From Nemertoderma westbladi (lineage: Eukaryota; Animalia; Xenacoelomorpha), in the NCBI GenBank assembly GCA_032718475.1, contig JAUCBJ010002489.1:1-39635 (forward strand): a DNA stretch of 39,635 nucleotides, given 5' to 3'. A program made the translations under genes and the position numbers. How positions within the stretch are numbered: position 1 is the first letter of the stretch; every line of letters starts with the position of its first letter. Below, one piece after another: positions 23,130 through 39,635 of this stretch. The notes below the pieces were generated by a model, which was given only the letters and a program-made list of their open reading frames with translations, had not been told where the DNA came from and did no database searches.

Positions 23130-24148
23130 CTTTTACACCGCTCCCAGAAAATGGGATTTAAGTCTATAAAACAGATCAAAGTGCTTATTATGAATCTACT
23201 TGTGCCTTTCTCAAGGTTGCCGACGAGATAGATGTTTGTGGGATCAACCTGGTACGTGGAGTCAAGCAGGGGTCACTGTTGTCACCTTTACTGTTTCTTC
23301 TTTATATGAAGGATGTTCTGGATATCCTAAGCTTAAACTGATTTGGGTCCATCGTTGGGCTCATTTGGCTGGGCATCATAGCATATGCTGACAATATACT
23401 GCTCACTGCAACATCTGTCACCGAACTGACATTGGCCACTGATATTTTCAGCATTGAAATGAATAAAGTGAAACTGGAGATTGAGATGAGCAAAACAAAG
23501 TGGTCCTGCTATGGTAATGATTATTCATGTGAGAATGTCCCTACATTTATGTGCATCAATGGAACATTAGTTCCACGATCAGATGACATGACCTTTTTGG
23601 GCTTCCCCATTGTACATCCACGTCGCAACAGCCTCCAGGATTGCATCCGCTCGATAGCCATAATGTCGGATTTATTTCATCGAAATGGGTGGAATGCGCG
23701 CTGGCTCGATTGCAGCACACTGGGATACCTGTGGCGGTCCATAGCTGTACCAACCATATCCTACTCATCGCGGTATCTTATTGGTTCGCTATGTTCAAAA
23801 GAAATCGCTGAACTTGACTCTTATTACCGAAAGACTCTGCGAGGTTTACTTGTCGTGGGTCCTTATTCAAGCAACAACGTTACCCTTGCATTACTCGGAT
23901 GCAACGATTTTAGTGTGGAAATGTATAAACTTTGTGTCGGAACATTAACCAGAGTAAATAAGTGCCCAAATGTTTTATTACAGTCCATCCTGCGTATCGC
24001 ATTACAGGCTAACCTGTCTGGGACAACAAATAACCTTTATGTAGGACTGGGCTCAGTTTTTGAAAAATGTTCTCAAAAGTATGCTATCCCCAGTTTGAGC
24101 TCAATTTTGTGCTATAAATTTGTAAATGCTCACTATATAAGCTTTTAG
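23130..24148 (+). pseudogene. LINE ORF2 3' part: RT domains 4-7 and C-terminus, inactivated
   Basis: RGVKQGSLLSPLLFLLY, an in-frame TGA at about 23339, IAYADNI (YADD changed to YADN), SKTK and FLG. Confidence 0.88.
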
Positions 24149-24624
24149 AACCTGCAGCACTCACAATGGCGGAGGAATCCGACCGCGATTTTATTTTGCA
24201 GTGCTATTCGCAGTCGTTGCCTTTCAAAACGCGTCATCATAGGATAGAACAATATTTTAACTGGATAAATAAAGTTAGGGTGACGTGATTGCTGGATCGT
24301 ATCCTATTTTGATTTATCGTGTACGAACTATAACTCGTAATTATTGAGTCTTTAATGAACCGAATACAATCAGTAATTTTACCTGAACTTATGAGCATAG
24401 CTCTTTTAGATGATCCGGATTTTATTCTTTTATTATGAATGGCTTAGTAGTAGCAGTCTGTTTTAATTATTCTCAAATGTAATATCAATTATTTTACCAA
24501 CAGTGCTATTTTATATACTTCTGCTAGTGGATTTTATTTTGTACTTCCCTTTTAAATTAACACAAATAAATGCCGGCTTGTCCGGATGATGCGCCTCCAT
24601 GCGCTCTGATTATTATTATTACTA

Positions 24625-24960
24625 GATCCACTGGCCCCCAGCCACCTTCAACAAACCATCATTGCTGGGGGGCACTCAGCTGAGGGGGCTGGGGGCGGAG
24701 TGCATTAAAAACTCTAAGTATCACGACCTAATAGACCGGGGCCATTTCTTTCACCCCGTTGCTTTGAGGCCTTTGGCCGCCCTGGTCCAGAGACATCCAC
24801 CTTCCCCCGGGAGATCGGGGCTCGTCTCCACAGTGCCATCCACGAACCGCAGTCACGCCAGTTTCTGCCCCAGCGCCTGGAGATTGCAATTTTGGTTGGT
24901 AATGCAGCCTCAGTCATGAGGACAGCAACCACGCCGACCATCGGTCTATTCGGGGACTGA
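24625..24960 (+). pseudogene. 3' fragment of a restriction-like-endonuclease non-LTR element (CRE-clade-like)
   Basis: Across two frameshifts it reads DPLAPSHL...AE..KNSKYHDL...FFHPVA/EAFG..G...EIGARL...FLPQRLEIAILVGNAASVMRT. This matches the K..KY / P.a.E..G / QR.siAi..GNAas C-terminus of CRE-like elements. Confidence 0.7.
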
Positions 24961-26537
24961 AGAGCCGAAACTGTCGAAATGGTTGCCAATGGAGTCACCA
25001 ACGGGATGACGGCCGAAGATATTCAATACTCTATCTTATGCAATCTCAAATATTCAATTCGGTACTGTACCTTCAATTCAATCTTATTATTATTTCTGTG
25101 CTTCGTTATTTAATAATGTGATTAGATAAAAAAAATAAATTAATGAAATATAATTCATCTGTTAATTATTACAAAAAAAATCCAAAATTTATTTTAACAT
25201 TTATATAGTTTTGAATTAAATGTTTCGAAATCAATACAGCAGTGTCATATATCGCGTATCCCTTGGTTTAATCACTATTCTTTATTCAAGTAAAACTGAA
25301 TCCTGGCCCGCCGCCTTCACCCTCCACTGATAATTTAAAATCGCAATTCATTCAATCCTTGACTAAATTATACCAAACTTGGTAAACATGTAATCTTGTC
25401 TATCGGCTAAAATAAACAAAACTTGCTAAAATTTCCCCTATAATGTTTTTTCCTATAGAACAGGATGCAGTTTTATTTTAGTAGTAAACAATCTGTTATT
25501 TGCGTCGATTTTCTCCTGGAGAGGGAAGAATATTGATTGCCCCCCCCCCCCCCCCCCCCCTACTTGCAGTTAAGTGAAAATATTTCGGCACCATTTCATT
25601 TTATTATCACGGTCGCGCATCAAGTAGTCTGTCAAAAGATACAATTCATTATAAACATAACAAAATTAATTATAATAATTCTAAAAATATAAGGCCGATT
25701 ATCCTAAAGTTAGCTCTTTAGTCTTTAGCAATCTTATACATTGACAAGACTTATAAAATAATTAATGTTGAATAATTATTATTAAGATTAAAATATATTA
25801 TTAGGAATTCGAAGAAAGCAAATTGTATTGAGTTAGTATTGGCAAGTTATTCTCACAAACCAGTCTACGGTCTAGTCTAACTTTACAGTACCGGTAGCCT
25901 TGTTCGCATTGTTCTAGGTTTAGTTAGGCTTGGAACACAGACTCCACCGTCTTCATTCCAGGTTTAATACTGTAATAGACTGTTATCTATCTCGATCGCT
26001 TCGCTATGCACCATCTTACTGGGTTTAATAAACTCCGTCGCCTTCCTGTCATTCTGTGTTTTGTAGATTACCTCGCCATCGTGTGATCGCTTTGGTTGGG
26101 TGTTTAATACTGTAATAGACTCCGTCGCCATTGTATCGTTTTGGATTGAATAGACATTCCGTTGTCCATCGCGATCATTTCATTGTTTACGTTTAATTGA
26201 CTCCGTCGCCTCCTCGGATTAGGAATCCGGCCGGGTTTCGTAGATTCCGCCATCGTTCAGCAGTTCAGTGTTTTTAATCAAAGCCAGAATTCCGGTACGG
26301 GCACCACGATCAACGATTTCGGAAGTAACAGACCAGCAGACTCCGTCAACAACACTCGAGGTTTAAAAAATACAACTGAGGGCAACTTGTAACTGCAGAA
26401 CTGGGCGATCATCTATCTGATAGTTGAAAAAGACTGTCTGACAGTTGGTATCAGACTATCTGATAGTTAGCGCCCATGGGTAAATCCTTACCCCATGGGC
26501 TGTTACCTCTCTGACTGACAGCGCAACAGCCCCTATA

Positions 26538-28664
<2,127 letters not shown>

Positions 28665-29094
28665 GTATACCGGCAAACCACTCGAAACGCTAACGTGCTC
28701 TTTTTCGTCCAAAGTGCTAACTGTTCCAGACGCATGCAAATCAACTATACACCTAACTAACAAATTCTCTGGAAGGTCGCTAGAGTACAAGGGTGGTAAA
28801 GACTACACATATACCATAGCCCTAACTGCATTGTCTATTAATGTTGTGCTAACTGCAAACCTGAACAGTATTACTATACACCTAACTGCAAGGTCTAATT
28901 AATGTTGTGCTAACTGCAAACCCGAACAGTATTATTATACACCTAACTGCATGGTTTATTCATGTTGTAGGCCTACTAGCTAAGTGTTTAAACAGGATCA
29001 AACATTTCAGCATTTCTATAATTCGTCTCGTGATCGATCCTTATTTTGGCATTCGGCCAATTCGGCATTCGTGGGACCATGGAGCCCATAGGAT

Positions 29095-29517
29095 ACCCGA
29101 AGGATAATTGAAGAGTTATCAAAAAAGAAAGATAGGCATCTGGCTGTTATCTTTGTTGACTTCTTCAAGGCCTTTGATTCAGTCTCTCTCTCACGTATGT
29201 TCAGCATACTTTCATTATAATATAATGAAAGTATAATTTCATCAGGAATCCCATATTATGGGATTCCTGATGAAATTATTGCAGCAATCAGATCAGTACA
29301 CGATGGTTCGACAACATTTGTCTCTACTGTTGACGGTGACACAGAACCATTTGAAGTGTTATGGGGCGTCCTCCAAGGAGACACACTTGCACCATTCTTG
29401 TTCATAATTGTGGTTGACTATGTTCTACGCACGTCCTTAGATCATCATAATGATGATGGGGTGATGATAACTCCACCTACTGGCTCCAGAAGTCGAGGAA
29501 ATCCTACCAAGTACCTG
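29095..29517 (+). pseudogene. RT fragment of an RTE-like LINE
   Basis: RRIIEE...VIFVDFFKAFDSVS...YGIPDEII...GVLQGDTLAPFLFIIVVDYVLR, truncated before the YADD box and interrupted by a 39-nt insert. Confidence 0.88.
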
Positions 29518-29530
29518 ATTTTTTATTATT

Positions 29531-29633
29531 GATAGTAAGAATGTAGTCTCGGCTTCCGCCTCGAGGTCCCAGGTTCGAATCCGACACCACGCTGATGAGA
29601 CCCAGTAAGGTCGAAACGCGTACGTGGTTTGGA
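29531..29633 (+). mobile_element. tRNA-like (Pol III) SINE/retrozyme-like unit carrying the hammerhead
   Basis: Perfect B-box GGTTCGAATCC at 29572-29582 and a degenerate A-box TAGTAAGAATG about 40 nt upstream. The hammerhead starts 3 nt after the B-box. Confidence 0.6.
29586..29628 (+). ncRNA. Minimal type I hammerhead ribozyme motif
   Basis: ACCACG-CTGATGA-GACC(CAGTAA)GGTC-GAAA-CGCG-TA-CGTGGT. The catalytic core is complete, with a 6-bp stem I, a 4-bp stem II, a palindromic ACGCGT stem III and a GUA cleavage triplet. Confidence 0.85.
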
Positions 29634-30002
29634 GAGATATGAGATATTAATTTCAAGAAAAATTACGCGATTCCTAAATTTGTACACTACCCGGTTAAAA
29701 AGTACGCATGTGATGGGATTAGTCCTACAATTGAGCCAATAAAAGATAAGTTATTATCTCCAACCAGACACTATATAACATTGGAGGTGTCTCATTGGTT
29801 CCCCCAAGCTTGACACTAGAATAAAATCGCCTCCGCTTTGCAGGACATTGCTTTCACCGTGATGAACAGCCAGTGCATAATCTTGTACTTTGGCAGCCTC
29901 ATGGAGTGAATAAGCATGGTGGACAGCCCATGACTTTCTTGAGACGCATCTTAAAGGACACTGGCCTTGAAGAAGCGGATGATCTTGCAAATGTCATGGG
30001 TG

Positions 30003-31322
30003 CAGGGTTGATAAAAATCATGATTTTTTTTTAATAAAAAAAATCAGATTTTTTTTATTTAAATCAGATTTATTTGATTTAAATCAGATTTTTTTTCATT
30101 TATATCGGGTGACTAAAAAGCAAAGACCCAAATAACAAAGACCTGTATGAAACACATGTGTTAACTTTCGTTTATTGTTTTGGTTCCCCAAACACGCCTC
30201 TGTAACCTGCTCCTTTACTAACGTGCTCCTGTAAATGGCAATGGGACCTAACGCTATATGGCAATGGGACCTAACGCTATATGGCAATGGGACCTAATCC
30301 CCTTTAGGACGTAACGCGACTTTATGTCTTTGTTTTGTACAGGTGCCAAAGAGCGTTAGGTTACATTGCATTTAAAGGAACAGGTTAGTAAAGGAGCATG
30401 TTACAGAGGCTTGTTGGGGGAACCAAAACAATAAACGAAAGTTAACACATGTTTCAAAATTATGCAGGTCTTTATTATTTAGGTCTTTATTATTTAGGTC
30501 TTTATTATTTATTTATTTTTATTTGTCTTTGTTTTGTAGTGACCCATTTAAATCACTTTTTTCTTATTTAAATCAGATTTTTTTATTTAAATCAGATTTT
30601 GTATTTAAACAATCGGAAGACTTCTGGCTTCATCAATGCACTAATGTTTAAAAAAAAAACCGAAAAACCGGGATCCCAGCGAAATATCGAATCCCGATTT
30701 CGACTTTTTTGAAACGGGATCCCGAAGTTTAAATGGTTAAATAAATTTGTTGAACATCTAAAAAAAAGTTCCAGCAGAACGGAAATGTTTTGATTATATC
30801 TAATTTTTATTTCAGTAAACCATCCAGTAATCAATTATAAGATAATTTTAATATAACTTTATCTTACTAATATTTCAGAAGTGTAAAATAAAGTGAGTGT
30901 TACTGAAAACCTGCCTCATATACTATTAACTTTGATGAATTTAATCCAAAATTGCAATACCGATCCCGTAAAACGCGATCTCGAGAGGAGTAATCCCGGT
31001 CCCGATCCCGGAAATCCCGAAAAGTCTGAATTCGAATATAAACTAAATAAACAACAAACTGAATAGAACTCTAAAGTACAACTTAATTAATGGGCCTGTG
31101 AATACTGTATGGTATTGGAAATGCGAGATGATACTGTATTTTCATGTAAATATTTAGGTAATTTGAATCATTTATTAATAATCAGTAATGCAATGTTTAT
31201 CCTGGCCTTAAAGCATGATTGATAAAATTCATGATTTTAAAAAAAATGTCTGATTTTTTTTAATTTTTATATGTGATTTAAATCAATGATTTAAATCAAA
31301 TGATTTAATTCAAACAACCCTG
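30003..31322. mobile_element. Non-autonomous hAT-type DNA transposon
   Basis: Termini CAGGGTTG...CAACCCTG, flanked by CATGGGTG (29995-30002) and CATGGGCG (31323-31330), an 8-bp TSD with one mismatch. Subterminal ATTTAAATC repeats occur at both ends. Confidence 0.85.
30107..30545. mobile_element. Foldback MITE nested in the hAT element
   Basis: Imperfect inverted arms of about 150 bp (e.g. TGTGTTAACTTTCGTTTATTGTTTTGGTTCCCC versus GGGGAACCAAAACAATAAACGAAAGTTAACACA), ends GGGTGACTA/TAGTGACCC, and an internal 23-bp unit present about 2.7 times. Confidence 0.8.
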
Positions 31323-32249
31323 CATGGGCGATAGGGAGTTGTGGCGGCGCAATTTTGTCGACAAGCCGGCACCCGCATTTTTAAAAATGCAGCTGCAATG
31401 CAGCATGCCGATCCTAGCTAGTTGGCATTCGGGATACCTGATTTTTCATTTATCAGAAAAACTTGTCAAAGATTACAGTAGTGACGAGGTGAAACTTGGT
31501 TTTGAAAATTTCAGATCAGTTTATAGGTCTATTTATTGCAAGGGAATGTTATATTAAATTTGGTAATGGATCATCATTTTACAGTAACGGATTCAAAACA
31601 AAACTTGGGAAAAAGACTCCTGGGAAATTTCTAAGAGATACAAAATATCAAAATTGCCGTAGCTCCTATATAATAATTCAAGGCTATTCATTTGAATCAG
31701 TGCAATGAGATGAGTCATATGTGTTAATGTATGAGTAATGTATGAGTTAATGATGCAACTAATGCTTCATATTTTTCATCAAAATTATTATTATACAGTA
31801 TATCTTGTGTTTTATCAGTGTCCACGATATATTAGTTAGGTGCGGTTCCAATTCTTGGACTGTGTTAATTTATTTTCCCCCGGCACTTTAGAATTATCCG
31901 GATTGGTTTTGAAACGTTGCTTTAATATGATAATTTCACTGACTCCTTTCATTATCTTTTCATTAGATCAAAATTTCTAAAATTATCGCATAATTAACAT
32001 TTTTATATTTAATTTCTCCTACGCGGATAGAATTCACTCAAGGGAATTATTTATGTGGGTTTAACTTACTCTGAGCAGCCTATCATTATAGTGAATTTTA
32101 ATTGTTTTGAATTTTAACAATTGTTAATTATTAATCTGACGCATATTATATTTATTGTTTCACTAACTAATTTCACCAATTTACAACCCAAATTAAATTT
32201 GCCACAGTTTGAGTTTGTGTTTTATGTATTTTATTATATCTCAACAATA

Positions 32250-33890
32250 GACGAAACGAGGAAATATTCTAATAACGATTGTCTATCTATGTGTAAGTTT
32301 TCCATTTCACCATTCTTATTCGTTTCAGTCTGGGAATAAATTTCGGTTTGCCTATGTTTCATTAGACTAGTTGTCAATGTCCAGGTAAGAAACCATTAGG
32401 TTTCCATGACAATACAAAATTATCGGGTTAGGACTTTGTATAAAGTACTTTCAAAAGAAAGTATAAGTTAGGACTTTAGCGCTCCCGGAGTTTATGCAAA
32501 CGGTTTTATTTTTGTGTTCGATGTGAAATTGGTTATTTGCGAAACTGAGGGGTATTCGCAATCAATATTTTCGGTCTTACAATCATTTAGCACTTAGTAC
32601 AAATTGAATATAAGTGTGATTGTCTAACCAACGAAAATTAAAATAACACGAGAGAAAGTAAAAAACATTATTGATAATAGGTAAAAAAAATTAAAATATA
32701 GCAGACAATAAAAGTCAGAAAAACCGACGTAATGATTTATGTAAAGGAACTTTCATATTTTACCGATTTATAACTGATGTTACACGAATAATGATTGAAT
32801 TGTATTATTTTTTCCTGCAAATATTGTAAATTGATAAAAGTGAAACTATAACTATTTTACATGATTGTGTGAAAGGTTTCACATAAGCAGTATTTATGTA
32901 CCGAGCGAGGGTGGCGAGGGATGTTTCCATAAATATACAAGGGTCATTCATTCATAAACGTTGACAGTGCCCTTTTCACAAAATGGTGCCATTTTGTTAA
33001 ATTATGTCAATTTAAGGGCGTTCTGAATGCTTAATTATTAGCGTTAATATTGTAATGTTTAGGAATATTAATGAAATTCATATCCTTTTTATGCAATTAA
33101 TTGCAGTTGGTACATCAACTAAACTTACACTTCGCCTACAATCAATGGTTATCAGTAATGGGAAATACTATCAATATTTGTTATAGAAGTTTATTGTTAC
33201 TAAGTTAGTGATTATTACTTAGCTGCGTTACGAGGATATCACCACATCGAGAAGTTGACATAATGTAACAAGTTGTTAAGTTTCATAAAAATAGCGCACG
33301 TTTAGGTACGCCTATAATGCACTAATTATTGCAATTTACCTGCTATAAAAGAAAAGGCAACTTTGTGGAATAAAATTACGCATTACTCTACATAAAAACA
33401 AATAGAGTTTTCTCTTTAACCATAAAATTGTTTCACTAATATTTTCACAAATTTAGAACCTCAATTTGGGGTATCTCAACAATTAGACCGGATGAATTTT
33501 GAAATAACGATTGTCAATATATCTAGGTATTTCCATTTCACGGCAATCACTCACTACATAATAATATGTCGCCTGTGCAATAAATTGAAATACATTGTAT
33601 GGATGTCCAGGTAAGAAACCATTACGTTTCCATGACAATACACAGTTATCGGGTTAGGACTTTGTATAGAGTACTTTCAAAGACTATCTAAAAGTAATAA
33701 GTTAAGACTTTAGCGCCCCCGCAGTTTGTGCAAAACGCTTTTATTATTAGGTTATTACGTGTGCAATTGGCTATTCGCGAAACGGAGGGGTATTCGCAAT
33801 TAACATTCAGCGAGTTAGCGTATTAGGGTATTTGCGGTCTTATAATCATTTAGCACTTGGTAGTTGGTACAAATGGAATGTAAGTGTAAG
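32250..33890 (+). repeat. Two diverged direct copies of a ~370-bp sequence (about 32250-32620 and 33490-33890)
   Basis: Shared blocks ATGTCCAGGTAAGAAACCATTA, TTATCGGGTTAGGACTTTGTATA, GAGGGGTATTCGCAAT and AATCATTTAGCACTT occur in the same order. Confidence 0.8.
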
Positions 33891-34184
33891 AAGTGTGTTT
33901 GTAAGTTAGCATTATGGCCATTCCATACTCTTGAGTGTTTAAGTGTGTTTGAAAAGTACCAATTCCCATAATGCCGCTAAGGGGGGCCAAGTTTTTTATA
34001 CACATGACACACTGGACTGCAAAAGTGGTAAAACGCTAACTTGTGGGAAATGGTCTAAAAAACGTTTTGACAAAGTTTCAGATTGCAAGGACCACGAGTT
34101 AGCACTTTGAGTTAGCACTTTGGAAAAGTTAGCACAATAGCGGAAAAAGAGCTTGCAAAGTTAGCCCTTTGGTATATTTGCCAA

Positions 34185-39635
<5,451 letters not shown>

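Larger units (their letters stand above)
17281..24622 (+). mobile_element. Decayed non-LTR retrotransposon (LINE, APE+RT type), antisense to spectrin; ends approximate
   Basis: ORF1-like region with coiled coil and RRM, ORF2 APE domain at 20613, RT domains 4-7 at about 23130-23650, AATAAA at about 24565 and a (TTA)n run at about 24610. No target-site duplication identified. Confidence 0.8.

Noticed and set aside
29754-32339. Short ORFs as a further spectrin exon or a transposase
   Set aside because: No spectrin-repeat or DDE motifs are recognisable, and most lie within non-autonomous repeats or AT-rich intron.

Overview
Eukaryotic (animal) genomic DNA. The minus strand carries eight consecutive internal coding exons of a beta-spectrin gene (16624 down to 1290); they have GT/AG boundaries and join in phase. 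Three of the eight 5' splice donors have each seeded their own minisatellite. The units are 30, 34 and 41 bp, built from the last exon bases plus the first intron bases and reiterated about 43+, about 248 and about 66 times into the intron. From 16625 to the window end no further spectrin exon was seen, so this is probably one >23 kb intron. It holds a decayed APE/RT LINE whose ORF1 region reads SAP domain, 20-aa repeats, Ulp1/SENP-like cysteine protease, coiled coil and RRM. It also holds a CRE-like endonuclease fragment, an RTE-like RT fragment with a double-hairpin scar, a tRNA-like head fused to a minimal hammerhead ribozyme, a hAT-type non-autonomous element with a nested foldback MITE, and a higher-order satellite of (GCAC)n tracts alternating with a ~380 bp module. 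All family assignments are by eye from motifs; no searches were run.
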